Assembly: GCA_051362555.1 (NCBI GenBank)
Contig: CM120645.1
Location: 14,012,001-14,076,000, forward strand
Direction of reading: 5' to 3'
DNA: 64,000 nucleotides
DNA from: Lingula anatina
Lineage: Eukaryota > Animalia > Brachiopoda
The notes under the pieces were generated by a model, which had not been told where the DNA came from, did no database searches, and saw only the letters and a list, made by a program, of their open reading frames with translations. The position numbers were made by a program, and so were the translations under genes. This document shows positions 23,915 to 37,570 of this stretch, piece by piece; position 1 is the first letter of the stretch; each line of letters opens with the position of its first letter.

Positions 23915-26118
23915 TTTGCAGAGTTGGTTAATTCAGAGAAATGTCTTTCTGCTTTCGGTGCACATCATTTTTCAGCTGTCTTTTTTGTAGAATACTGACA
24001 GTTATATTTTGGCTGTAACTTTCAGCACAAGACCCTAAGATCGATTAGTTTTAAGTCTCCTGCGCGAAGTGCCATCAGTTAAATTTTCGCTCTGAGTCAC
24101 TGAGATCACGAGTTTATGAACCCACCCTCAAATTCTTTGCAAAAATAAATCCATAATTGTTTGAGTGCAAAAGAATTCAGAGAAATACAACCATCGTCCC
24201 TGTCCTCGAAGAAGGGCACATTCTGTGAGTTCCGTTCACATCAACCACATACTTTACACTATTGTCTTCAATCTGATGACTGCAAAGCGCGAAAAAACTC
24301 TGCCGAGCACGTGCATCATGTCTCGGGTCAACGCTCTCGTGGCTGTGTGCTTCCAAAAACCACCCTAGCTGAAATGGAGAAAAAATACACCATGTAGACG
24401 TTCAACAAAATACTTCAGTCAGTTATTTTTGAAAAGTGACATTCACCAGAGAGATCTCTTCGAGTATGTCGTCTACGGCGTATAGCTAAATCTGACAACT
24501 GACGTTTTAAAGGTCAACTTTTACTTGAAAAAAAAGTTTGTTACTACAATACTTAGTGCTTGTGTCCCGACACAAACGTCTTTAACAACTGGTCCATGAA
24601 CGCTGTTGCTACGCGTGAGAATAAACACGTCGATAACGCAAATCCGTCGCTAAATCAAATGGCTTTCTTAATCTAATTTTCGAGGATTTTCTTTCCAGCA
24701 GTAAATTTGTCAACAGCCAATTATTAGCGCCACAATCTTCGTAGCCTTTAAGCTGCAGCATTGCACCCTAAATATTAATTTGTGTGCCAATGGAGAGGCT
24801 AGTCTTTTTGTGGAATCTATTTACACTGTTCATTTTTTCATAAACCACCGCTTGGCACACAGACCGCTATTCATTGTGTCCATTCGGCATGGGACTGATC
24901 TGTAAAGTATAACAGAAAGTCATTCTGTACTCTTTATGCAGCGGGGTAAACATAATTCTATAAAACAAATAAACAAACAATGGAAATTATAATATGCCGT
25001 TCCGCTTTATACTTTTAGTTTGCATAATTTCATTTACTCGCTTGCACCTGTAAGTTAGTCCGATCAGCCTTTAAAATTATTTAAGATAATCAGAATATTT
25101 GCCTGTACCACGTGCTTTATAAAAATCTTACCGATATTGTGTGACGCGTTTCTTCTTAAATTAGTTTGCCCTTGTTCTAACCGTCATTTAGAAACAAAGC
25201 ATTTAAAGTTAATGAGTCCCTAATTTTAAGAAATAAGTTGATATCCGTCCCTTTCGAATTAATAACGAATTGCAATTACTCTCCACGCCTGAGTCTCTAT
25301 TTCAATTAATCACCAGCATTAATTGGCTTCAGGTCATTTCGAATACGAGACACATGAGTGCAAGGCCATTAAATGTCAATGTTTTTATATTTTCAGCAAA
25401 AATATCGAGCTGCTTATCACAAAGATCAAAGACGCCGCCTCTCTCTCTTGACCCCAGGCTCTGTCCATACAAACACGCCCCTCCCGCCGAGATTTTTAGT
25501 CTCCAGTGGTCAGTACTGGGTTGCTTTTGATTGGTTTTCACTTTAACGGAATTGATTTACATGAATGAGACACTTTATTGCTGTTAAACGCACTGCCGAG
25601 TGTGACAAGAAATCAATCGATCAAGTCAATATTAACCTCGGACAGTTAATCGTGTTCGATATCATATTAAATGTCTCATTACCCTACGGAATCCGAGGTC
25701 TTATATAGAGTATCACCCATGGGTTGTCTACTGAAAGCGTGTCTTTGTTTTAGTCGTACCTCAATAGATTAGTTACGATGCCGATTGTTATTTTGATCAA
25801 TTCACTCCGTTGGCGAACAAGGAGTAGCAATAGTAATTAGGACACGTAATTCATTGTGTTTTCCAGTGTAAGTCACTCTCGCATAGTATGCCTTATTTGA
25901 TTTTTCTGCACTTCCGTGTTTTAGCATTGCATATAAAAACTATGTTTTAATTGTGTTTTTGCAACTTTGCGTGAATTTATCTTGATTGAAATAGACGGCT
26001 GTGCTAAACTGAAATACTGAAATACACGCCCATCACTGAGGCCTTTTAAGGGATTTTTAGAAAACATGTCAAAAAGTTCGGAAATCAGTTACCGCTGTGA
26101 ATATCTTTTAAGTAAACT

Positions 26119-26157
<39 letters not shown>

Positions 26158-27659
26158 TTTATTTATTTATTTTTTTTTTTTCAGAACCGTGGACGAGTCA
26201 TGTGTGGATCTACATTTCATATGGTTAGGATGTGCACGTGATCTTGAAAAATATGATTATAATACATCTTAACAGAAACCTGTCCGAAATGATATAGTTG
26301 TGAGCTAAGAGGCAGGAATATTTTAGCTTAATAAATACATTCAATTTTCTTCTCTGTCTCTAAAAAGAAAAAAATGCAATAAAACCTCGGAGCAGTAACA
26401 TCGGACAGCATATAAGAATATGGTGATGTACAATGTCAGAATACACCATAGAACGGTTGTCTAATTAAACAAAGTGGCTGGATTTACAGCATTAATTAAA
26501 CTTTTTCATTTATTTATTTTTTGTTTATTTAATTACTGTAGTTAGTTATTTTTGCGTTTTTTTGCAGTTTTTAACTTGATTTCAAAACTTCAATCCAGGG
26601 GAGCTATTTGGTTCAAGTAAAATAGTTAATTACATCATGATTTTCACCAACGTGGGTTAGACTTTAACTCTCGTTAAAAATAAGCCGGAAGGATAGAAAA
26701 AACGCCTGACTAAAGAGAGAGAGAGAGAGAAGGAGAGAAGGAGAGACCTTGCCTCGTTATTTTACAGAAACCAACATCTATGCCTATTACATGTCTGTCA
26801 CTTACCGGTATTTTATTAAGTTTAAAAAGCTAAAACATCTTGGATTCAATTTCACTGAAAGCGGTTAAAACAGTAAATTTTAACAATTCCTAAGAAACCG
26901 CATCAATCACTGATCCTTTCAAATAACTTTAAAAAATAGGCTACAAAACGACCGTTCACAACTTACCGTAGTTAGACACTGTCTTCTCTTTCCTTTGCTC
27001 GTTCCTAACAACTTGAAACAGTATTAGTAAATATGACAAATTCGGCTTTTTAGCTGCAGGGAACGGCAGAACGACACGACCTGCTGCTGCACTTTAGTCG
27101 CATTTATCATAGTTTGCTTCCCACATTATACGCAATTAGCACCCACGTACTAGTGTTTGTGATTGGTTATGATCCCTGTTGACGAGGCCTGGTCGTTAAG
27201 AACATATCTAAATAACGCAGACATTGTACACAAATGATCCCTTATTTACACGTTTTACGTGACAATGACGTTACGTGTCACTTGTATGAAATGGCCGTGG
27301 TGGTAGTCTATTTGATGGAGTATAAGTTTCAGCCCTTTGGTGCCACTTTGTGGAATGTTTAGAACCGGGAACACAATGGGAATATTAAAACTGGTTTTGA
27401 TGTATAAAAAAGAAAGTTAGGTGTGATTAGGGATGATTAAATACATATTGAAATTATTGATGGAGACGAGAGGTCATGATCGATTTATTCGAGTTTAACA
27501 GAGCAAAAAACAAATTTTGTTTGACTTGTTTATTTAGGGACGCACATTCCAAATACATCCTAAAATACTCATGCACAAGCGTTTTTTTTTTTTTTTTTTT
27601 TTTTTATTATGGCAATAATGTACTACAAATATCCCCTCCTGGATGGTGCATCAGAGATA

Positions 27660-28524
27660 TTACTGTTGATCGCCACTTCCCTCGGGTACCGTCGTGGGTT
27701 TGGGCCTGCCCCCTACTGGCACGCACTTGAACTCTACATTGAAAGCTCCAGGTTTATCCGCTTGGGGCACGCCTCTGCAAGATAGGCCAGATACGCAGCC
27801 ACATGTTTTGTCGTGGATGCCAAAGAGCGTCTCTCTGAAGGACTTGTCACACACCGCTCCCTGGGTTAGTTTTGGGTAGCAGTTGCCCATACGGGAGAAA
27901 AAGTTAAACCAAGCTTTGGCGCAGCATTCGCTTTTATCGCATTCTTTGTCGCTCGTGCAGTCTTTCCCAGGTTTAAGCTGTAATATGAGGGGTTGTTGTT
28001 TGATATGCGAAAGCGGCAAATGTGCTTCAGCTCAGTATTTCTGAATGATACATTGTACACTGTAAAAAAGTGTTACAAATGTAGAAAAACTTCTAAAATT
28101 TAAAAACTAAAATAATATAAGGGAAATATAGCTACAGGTCAGATTTGTGCCAATGTGCTGATTTTTATATCATCACATGAGAACGCTTACGGCAAGTTGT
28201 CACGTATGAAAATTTGAAAATGCGGGAGCTGGCCCACATCTGCTCTAAAAGTCAAGGTTAACGTTGGGCAAGTCGTTTGTAAAATTGTCTATTGAATTTT
28301 ATTAAGGCTAAGTTAAAAAAACTTAAAAGATTTGTAAGTCGGGCTCAAGACTAAAATCGGAAACAAATATTCTTTTTTCATACAAGGAATTTTTATTGGC
28401 ATTTTTTTTTCCAATTTTGTCAGCCAAACTATCTTAAACCAATATTTAAAAAAAATATTAACAAACTAACCTGTCCATACACAGCCACAAAACAGAGAGC
28501 AGCTAAAATACCCGCCTTCATCAT
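27660..28524 (-). CDS. Secreted 10-Cys prokineticin/colipase-fold (astakine/Dickkopf-C-like) protein A
   Basis: Exon 1 (28471-28524) encodes the signal peptide MMKAGILAALCFVAVYGQ with a phase-0 GT donor. Exon 2 (27660-27977) has C-x5-C-x4-CC-x12-C-x9-C-x15-C-x-C-x5-C-x17-C and the tail PKPTTVPEGSGDQQ. Confidence 0.88.
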
Positions 28525-28739
28525 CGTTTCGGTGTTCTGTATTGAACCTGGTGTCAACTCCTATATACAGTATACTGTATGTTAATGCCACAAAGCTGCG
28601 ACTTAAATGGTATTATGGCGTATTATAATGGAATACCGTGTGAAGAAAGACGGATTTCTTCATGTGAATCCTGCAGGTGATTTTCACGTAAGGATATTTA
28701 GTCCATGTTATGAAATTTACCGGGCATAATTCATATTTA

Positions 28740-30400
28740 CAGGGTTGCTACTTAATATGGAATATTTTTTATCATTGTTATTTTTGAGTGCTGATTAAAG
28801 TTTTTTCGGGCTTGAGTCATTAAAAAAGTATGTCACTGAGTGATAATATCATCCAGTCTTCTGTTGTGAGATATTTTGGTCAATAATATCAAATCTGACA
28901 TAAGATGCCATTCAAAAGAAAGGAACACCCCCAGAAAAGCATATCAACAGTTTAATGTCAGTATAAACTTTAAGATAAGATATTAAAAAAAATGATAGCC
29001 TCCGGACGGTGATATGTTACACAGTCAAAGATCTCTTTACAGTAAACCATGAAAAGTCAGTAATTGCGGGTATGAACTCCAGCAGCCGCTTACAGCGCCC
29101 TCATCCTACATGGCATACCTTGTGACAAGTTTTTAAGAGTTTGGGTGGGGGTATCATTCCACGCAGTGATATTTGCCTGTCGCAGTTCATCACTATTTAC
29201 CGGCCGAGGACCATAGCTATTAATTCTGTGAATACCTTCCGCCCACAGATTTTCAATTGGGTTCATATCTGGAGAGTTTGCAGGGCAGGGTAGTTGCTGA
29301 ACCCATTGGTTTTGAAGAAAAATAGTGATTCTGCGGCCTCGATGTGGGGTTGCGCAGTCCTCTTGGTACACAAAGTTGTTTCTGAAGATGACTCTTACCA
29401 GTCGAAGCATTGTTTGCTGTAGAATGTCTCTGTAGGAATCCTGGATGAGGTTGCCTCCTAGAAAAACCAACTGGTTCTGGGCACCGACATGAAATGCTCC
29501 CCAAACAGAGACGTTACCATCCCCTGCTTGCACCTTAGGCAGTGCACAATCATCGTTTTATGCCCTTCGTACACGTCAGTGGACACGGATTCTACGATCA
29601 TCCCTAAAAAATCCATATCTGGCCTCATCACTGAAAACGACGTGATTCCAGTGTTTTGGCTGCAAAAGCACGTGGTCCCCAGCCCATTGCAGACGTCGCT
29701 GTATATGACCTGCTGTTAACAGTAGTTTCCCTACTGGCCTTCGTGCAAAATAACCGGCTTGCAGTAATCTCTTGTTCACGAGGGACCTTGAAACGGGCGT
29801 TTGAATGACATTCTGCCTCTCTTTTCTGAGGACACTGGTTGCCTTTGTACGACCAGCACGGCGTCCTTTAAGGAGAAGGCGACCCTGTCTTCTTGGTGTG
29901 ATACGCGGACACCTTGGTCGAGGTATTGGAGTAGGTGCCCCTGTTGCAGCATTTCTTTGGAGGACTTTACTAACGGTTCCTGATAAATGTTGAATTATCT
30001 TGCAATGGCTGTCCGTTTCTGGCCATTTTCTCTGAGAGCAAGAATCCCATAGTCAGCTGCGTTGCTTAGCTGTCGAACCATATCTTCACTAAGGTACCTG
30101 TCAAGTTTCAGAGCGATCCCTTTGTTGCTTCTCTAAACACACTCCAAAGATTGACCAAACCCATGCGTTTTTATACAAGGGCAGAAATTGCCGAAAAGAC
30201 CACCCCTCACATTTCTGACCACAGAACATGCAACTGCATGCATCAATTGTTTCGAGAGTTGTGTGGTAATTAAGTAACACACCTGGCTACACATGGAGTG
30301 ACACCTCAGCTTTGGATTTAAAGTAGTTAGAGAGAAATTAAATATTTTGTAGAAAATTTACTCGCCAAAAAATAATATTCCATATTAAGTGGTAACCCTG
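28740..30400 (-). mobile_element. Full-length but decayed Tc1-family (DD34E) DNA transposon
   Basis: ~27-bp TIRs CAGGGTT(G/A)C(T/C)ACTTAATATGGAATATT flanked by TA on both sides. Transposase fragments from ~30081 to ~29090 contain VVFSDEAR, YQEDCATPH and SPDMNPIENLW (34 residues between D and E), with an internal stop and frameshifts. Confidence 0.95.
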
Positions 30401-30895
30401 TAGTATCGGTTGGAGCACCATACACACGTACACACGCTTAGCACTGCCTACACACATGCATGCTTTTACAAAAGCAGGGGCGCAAATTATTTGGAATTTT
30501 TTTTAACATTTTTTTAAATTCAGTTCATTGATTTGGTCAGTCATTGTCATCCCACGCAGATGTTTAATCAATATTACGTGACGCTGATTTAACTTAAAGG
30601 TTAAGTTGTCGATATATTGGTGCAGAACACTCCACGTTTTCACCGCAGTTTTCCCTCATCCTCATTCCAGCCTAGTAATTCATTTAAAACGCTAGCAAAC
30701 GCTCTTTTCAAACGTCATTTACAGAATCAAATAAAAAAAATAACTAGATGGGCATTACATTTTAATTCATTAAGTTTAGACCAACTTATTTAAAACTTGA
30801 AATTCTAAAACAAGAATCGGCAGATTTCATATCATATTCGTGATGACGTGTCCATGTGTCACGTGACTCTGCGTCACAGTGTCTGATGACGTAGA

Positions 30896-31959
30896 TTACT
30901 GAAGGTCGCCGCTTCCGGAGTCAGGGGTTGGCTTGGGGGTCGATTTGGCTATTACGGGGGAAGTTGGAAGAAGAACACACTCTGTACTTCTACCCACGGG
31001 AAGACCTGAGTTTCGGGGAACAAAAAGACATATTTAACCAAGTTTAAAGCTTTGACGTCCATAGTAATTAGCCAAATTGTTTGTTCTTTTATAACACTGA
31101 CCATGTATCAACACTGAATATCTGTTGCAAATTGATTGGGAGTTCTTTAACCATCAAAGCATATGACAGAATTTCGTTTTTAAAATGCACGAAACACCAT
31201 CAGTGTACATGTATCAAAAGTGTATAAGGAATTCAAATTAACTTCTACTTGGAAAAAGGGAAAAACGTGACACTGATACTTACACTCAGTTCCAACCTCA
31301 CAACCACATGAGCGATCATGGATTCCAAGCAAAGATTCTGTCCACGACTTCTTGCAATGGCTCCCAAGCTTGACCTTAGGGTGGCACTTGCCCCCGCGGG
31401 AGAACACTTGAAACCAAGCCTTTGTACAGCACTCGTTTATTTCACATTCGCTGTCGTCCACACAGGGAGAGAGTTCCGCCTGAAAAGAGAATTATTATTA
31501 TTATTATAATTATTATTATTATCTCAAATGTTGTAGAATTTGTATAAGAAGTGTTACTAAAATAATGAAAATTGCTAATTTGTAATGTATTCAATCAATA
31601 ATTCACTTTACCAGCAGCCCTGTCTGCCATTCAGTTAGTTACTTTTCAGGCAGTTAGTATGCTGGTCAGAGACTGAATTGGCTAAATAAGTAAGCTGACT
31701 TTAGTCGCTTAATTAGATACCAACTAACAAAACAACAGTACATTCTTAGAAAGCTGGGGTTACAGTGTTAGACGTACTAGCGCTGAACAATTCAGATAAT
31801 AAATATAAAGAAATTATAGAAGAAAAAGCTGTAAATCAATGGCAACGAATCGTCAGATAATTTAAAAATATGATTCAAAATGGTATAATGATACAAAGAT
31901 TGTACCTGAATACAAGCGGCCAATAGAACGACTGCAGCAAGGACGGTTAGGTACTTCAT
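30896..31959 (-). CDS. Secreted 10-Cys prokineticin/colipase-fold protein B
   Basis: Exon 1 (31906-31959) encodes MKYLTVLAAVVLLAACIQ. Exon 2 (31284-31479) ends at a phase-1 GTAAGT donor. Exon 3 (30896-31005) restores Cys9 and Cys10 (CLPVGRSTEC) and gives the tail STPKPTPDSGSGDLQ. Confidence 0.88.
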
Positions 31960-32568
31960 CGTGGTGGCAGTAGACGCAACAGCAAGAACAGATGAGAGAT
32001 GAATGAAGTTAAAGCCCGATGATCTGCTAGAAAATATATCTGCCGTAGCACGTTATCAGGTGACAGTGTACTCGTGCACTGTACGTGTCTCAGATAGTCC
32101 TGCGTGAGCGGGCTGTCCTAAAAGAAGGATGTACGTGTATTTAAGGTCAAAATTTCAACCACCTACACAGGGGATGAGAACTCCCGCAAAATAGTAAATG
32201 TTAAATAATTTTTATACTGTGGAAATCGCCTATTTCCTTCATTTTATTGATTATTTTCGTTTAATTACAAAGTTGGATAATTTGGTTAACCAGAGAACTT
32301 TCCAAATTGATTAAAAGTCAGTTTTACTACTAGTACATATGTCACCAAATATATTTTACCAGTCAACGTGGATCACGAATCAATAATTGTCTCATTTCAA
32401 ATCCTATATTTGATCTCAGACATGTACCCTATCACCTCACGACAATGACCTGTCTGACACCCACGAAGGCGGCGTTTTGATACTTAAAACTTTTGTACTT
32501 ATAACACATATTCTTTTAGGATGTAAAGGCTGTCAAAATCATTATCACCAACATCTTCATCATCATCA

Positions 32569-32612
<44 letters not shown>

Positions 32613-33630
32613 TGCAGGGCGGATGTGAGGTCTAAGTGAAACGTTAGAAAGGCTTCTCTAGCGCATTCAAACGTCTACACATTACACATCTTCACGATCA
32701 AACTGTCCACTTCTGGACTGTTTGAAACGGCGCTGAGCGGGGTGAAAGACTGACCGAATGATGCTCTTAAGTCACACAACAATTTAACCATTCACTGTAG
32801 TCTTTAAATCCTAGCAATGTATCGTAACTCCAGGATCTATTGTATTGGCATCGAACTCTGTAAAATACGGGTGACATCTTGAAAACAAATGTTGTTATTG
32901 ATTATCTGATGACGTCAGTTGGATCTCTGTCGGTTCGTGTCTAACTCAGTGTCCGAACCCACCCTAAGTTTATCGTAGATCTTCAATGGAGCGGTATTCG
33001 GTTGAGAACATGTCCAGCTGATGGGGGTATTTATCTTACTTCGTGGTTTTTGGATTAATTGACTAAAAACAACACGTATTACCAGTAGATACCAGTACAG
33101 TGGTGGTTATGATGTACAGTAGGTCGAATATATAAATTACTTATTTTACAACTGCAGGTCATCTCGTTTAACAGATGTTTGGGAGTGAAAATACAAAAGT
33201 ATGGGTCACCAAATCGCACACGCACGCGACAAGTTTTTAACAATCCGTCTAGCTGATTGCAGAAAGTGTTGAATTATAATAATTAATGATAAAAAATAAA
33301 GCTTCAAACTGGGAATACTGATAAATCACACGTGGTTTACGGAATTGATTCAAAATGGAAATAAGAAAAAAACACTAAAATTCTCATGTTGTGAAATGTT
33401 TTATTGCTGTGAAAGTTCAAATCTTTAAAAAGACGCTGGTCATCCTGGTTGGAGTTATCCAGCGCCAGAGAAGCATTTATTTAAAGAAAAAATTATTAAA
33501 ATTGTTACCAAGCAGTTTAATATCTCCTCAACCGGCATTTAAAATTTTTAAAAGTCACTGCTATATTTCATGATACATGTGAATCCCATACAGCCGTATC
33601 TCTTTCAACTTTGGCAAACTCTAACGCAGT

Positions 33631-34440
33631 TTATGCAGTTGGTGGGGTACTTGGGCCCGGTATAGGGGACGGGATGCCTGTAGATGGCGCGACGGTGCTC
33701 GGCCTGACGCACCTGTGTTCCCCGCTGCTGAAGAAGCCCCCGCTCGTTATTTGCAAACACCTCAGCCCCGCCTCACACCCGCACTCCTTCTCCCGTAAAC
33801 CGAAGAGAGGATCGAAGACCCCGACATGGCAGTCGGCTCCCTCCTTCAGTTTGGCGTGGCAGTCCCCGTCTCGACCAAACACAGAGAATAAACTTAACAC
33901 ACAGCATTCGTTATCGTCACACTCGCTGTTTGAGGAGCAGGCGGAGACGGTTGCCTGTAATGAAAATAAAGGACAGGTATTAATTTCATCAGTTTTATTT
34001 GAAGACTTTTCTTGATAATTTGGATAGACCTTCTCACTAAATTTTTCCTGTTTTTTTTTTTTTTTTTCATTTATTAATCTTATTTTCATTTATTTATTTA
34101 TTACAGTGTATTGTTATCTACACTTAACGGAGAGCAGCTGCTTGTGATCAAAACATACCAAGTCAGTAATGACGTTTGATACTATATCTGATACATTTTC
34201 CCCAACAACGCCGAGCTTACTTGTTTTATTTATCAATTATTATTATTATTATAATTATTAAAAATGATCACAAGTTAACCGTAATTATCTAGTGTTGAAA
34301 ACATGGCCTACAAGTTTCGGTACTGTGTAATATTCACAAATTCTAACATCATTAACTGCCTTCACTGTACTACAGTAGCTAGGCTCAACACTTACCCCTA
34401 AATACGCCACAGCTACGAGAACGATACACACAGTCTTCAT
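33631..34440 (-). CDS. Secreted 10-Cys prokineticin/colipase-fold protein C
   Basis: Exon 1 (34396-34440) encodes MKTVCIVLVAVAYLG followed by GTAAGT. Exon 2 (33631-33954) has the same 10-Cys pattern and a Pro/Ser/Thr-rich tail. Confidence 0.88.
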
Positions 34441-36117
34441 TTTAGGCTCGTGTCTATGTCAAAGTGACTGGAAGACCTGGGAGGACAACTGCCGAGGTGA
34501 AGGTCAATCATCAGGAGATGTGACAGATACAGTGTGATGCCTGATAAGACTGCACTCCTTTTTTTGGCTTAAATTTTGATCAGGCATATGTATCCTTAGT
34601 TCTAGGTCATTTGAATAAATTATTATTACTATCATTATTATTATTATTATCATTATAGCATAACGTGTACAACAACACAAGCCACTGTACATATAACAGT
34701 GTACAATGTACAGGCAGAATATGCCACATCAACAAATATGTTTGGAATGTTCTGCATAGATTGTAATAATAAATGTTCATGTGTTCATGTAAATACTTTG
34801 TAATTTGCAATAATACAATAACTGGGTAGTAGCTGTACCTGTGACATATTAGTCATATTTTCTATATTCTTATGATATAACACACTGAGGAAATCTTCCT
34901 GCAACTCCAGAATATAACCTGTTGCTTTCATAGGAGGGGAGGGGGTACACATCGTCATGATGCCTTAAACAAGTGTGCATTTACAAAGAGCACCTGACAT
35001 ATACGTGCATACAGTTTATGTTACCACGGGTTCCCTGCAATGTGAGACAAAACCAGGGAAATATAACACCTGTTGTCGATATGACACCTTGAACTGCTGA
35101 TCTTGTCGGATGCATGCCTGTAAACACCGGAAAATAATGTAGCAGAATATGGGGGTATGTACGCCGACAAAACCTCTCGCCCCCCTCACCCCATACCCCA
35201 CCATACCCCCCGAAGGCAAACAAAGAAGGAGAGCGTTTTCGCGTATCGAAATATATGTATTGTAATATACGTAGCGAAATGAGACAGACTTCGCTCAAAT
35301 CTTTTGTGCGAAATGAAAATGTATTCAATCGTTTTAGGCCTAAAATGATCTTTTTTAAATACAGTATTAACTGTGTTAGTAAGCTTGCCTCTCAGAGAGA
35401 CGTCACCTCGCCTGAGAAGTAAGTCGCTCACAAATTTGAAAATTCGTATGGTGAAATGGTTTATATGCGAAGCATGTGCAGTGTTGGTTTTAATTCTGTT
35501 TGATCTCGAGTTCAAATCAAATTTGAACCAGTAGTAGTCTAGTTAACGTTCTTACGAATAATCAGCCCCTGTTCTCCATGAGGTAATTGTGATTGCGAAA
35601 ATTGTGAAAGTTTTGTCTCACCAAACGCAATGAGCAAATCGTTTTCTTCTGCGTGAAAAGCTACTTCTCCATTTTGGAACTCCTCTTCCTCTTCACGCAT
35701 ATCATCGCCAGATTTTAACTTATTATTTCTCCCATTTTAATATATCTGACAAAATTCCTAAAAACCAGAATTTCCTGTGGGGGAGAAGGGGACATTGGCG
35801 GGCAACTACATGTCAAGTTACGCTGGCTTCTTAGTTACCACACGTGTTGAGACTATGTGCATATATTTACGCTTTGTTGACTTGGATTTCTATATCGATT
35901 TCCAATTATCGGACTCGTGTTATCCAACGTGTGCCTTAATACATTTCTATAGGCTGTGCTTTTGCTTATCGATTTTCGATGCCAGAAACCGTGTGTGCTA
36001 GAAACTGTGCATTTTCCATACAATTGGTGTAAATATTTCTATAAATATCAAGTACAACAAATCGAATATAACCCAGCACTTGTAGGAAGAATAACTTGAT
36101 TTTTCAGATAAGAATTC

Positions 36118-36387
36118 ATGGTGCAAGGGCAGGTGAGTGTATTTGTATTGTTTTCTCTATTTTGGTATCTGTAGCTCCAATCTACTGAAGGGGATTTGAA
36201 GGTTTTTTTATAGAGAGAGTTGGAAAGTGAGGAAGTTATTATGCCTAGCAGTTGGAGTGTATTTGGCCTTGAGTTTTGAGTGGATATTAGCGCATGGTCT
36301 AGGAGTCATACTGAAGCTTTGTACATTTATGGCAAAGTTAAGTGGAGTCAAGAGTGAGTCTGTCAAGTTCAGTCTCGAAGAACGTTT

Positions 36388-36438
<51 letters not shown>

Positions 36439-37525
36439 TTAATTTTGGAAATACCATACAATGACAATACGGTACAATGCGTTTGAAAAGACAACAATAT
36501 GATTACTTTAAAATAAAAACAACAACTGTGATTGAATATGCTTATAAAGCAGTAGTTACAATTAGGATGTCTGAAATTATTTCTTCACGAACATTAAAAG
36601 ATGTTGTCTTGTCTTTAAGGATTTAGCCTACTTAACACATATGAAAACGTCCGAATGTCATATTTTTGGGTCTAATTATCCTACTAAGCTTCTTACTTTT
36701 CCTAATTCCCTCTGAAATGTCAGGAAGACAAGGCAGTCTAAATGAATCATAATTCGTTTAAACTAAGTTTTTTTAATTAAAAATTATATGAGACATTCTT
36801 GCTGGGACGGGTCGAGCAATGTTTCGTTGGTAAGAAGGAGAAAATACTTTTTTCGAGGAAAATAAGATCTTGCACGAAAATCCAGTATAAAATACTTTAA
36901 AACAAAAGGGTCAGATTTGATATTAGATATACCTAGAAATATATGTAAAGTTATAGAGTTTTAAGAAGATTAATTCAGCTAGTATCCAACAACCAATGTT
37001 TCATTAAAACTTTTTATTCATTCAAATGCTTTTTAAATTCCCTTTATCATACAACTCAAAACTTCAATCTATTTCTGACCTTCATACTTCCTATCATTAA
37101 ATGATAACAATTACCAAGTTTCGCCCTCTCCACGAGCATCTTTTGGTTGGTGACAGGTAATTCGCCATTGGTGACACTTACATCATCTTCACTTGATATC
37201 TAACAATATCCAAAGACCTCTTATTGTATGATTTGATATTTTGTCATAGGGTCCACGATCTGGGTTACCCATGACGTCACAAACCGATGTGGAGAAGGGG
37301 ACGCAAGGAGACGCCGAGGAACCCCAGATTTTGAGAGCTATAGAAGCCAAAGATGTCAGGGAGTTGACTTACCTCATCGAAGGAGGGGCTGATATTAACT
37401 GTTATTCCAAGGTATGTATTGAATAGTACACAGAAAAGGCGTCGTCTGTATGTGCCTTGAGTTAAAGTGGACTTGTTTCTTAGATGTCTGACATAATCTC
37501 TATTAAATATGTCCATAACGTTATT

Positions 37526-37570
<45 letters not shown>

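Noticed and set aside
33611-34015. 134-aa plus-strand ORF
   Set aside because: It is the antisense shadow of the GC-rich exon of secreted gene C. The same applies to 20254-20637 and 49042-49521.
32050-34550. GATA-like sites (CCTGATAA) upstream of secreted genes B and C
   Set aside because: The motif is too short to be significant in AT-rich DNA, the two sites are in opposite orientations, and gene A has none at the same position.
34981-36001. Several 65-115 aa ORFs between gene C and the ankyrin gene
   Set aside because: They have no domain signal or splice support; likely a divergent promoter/UTR region.
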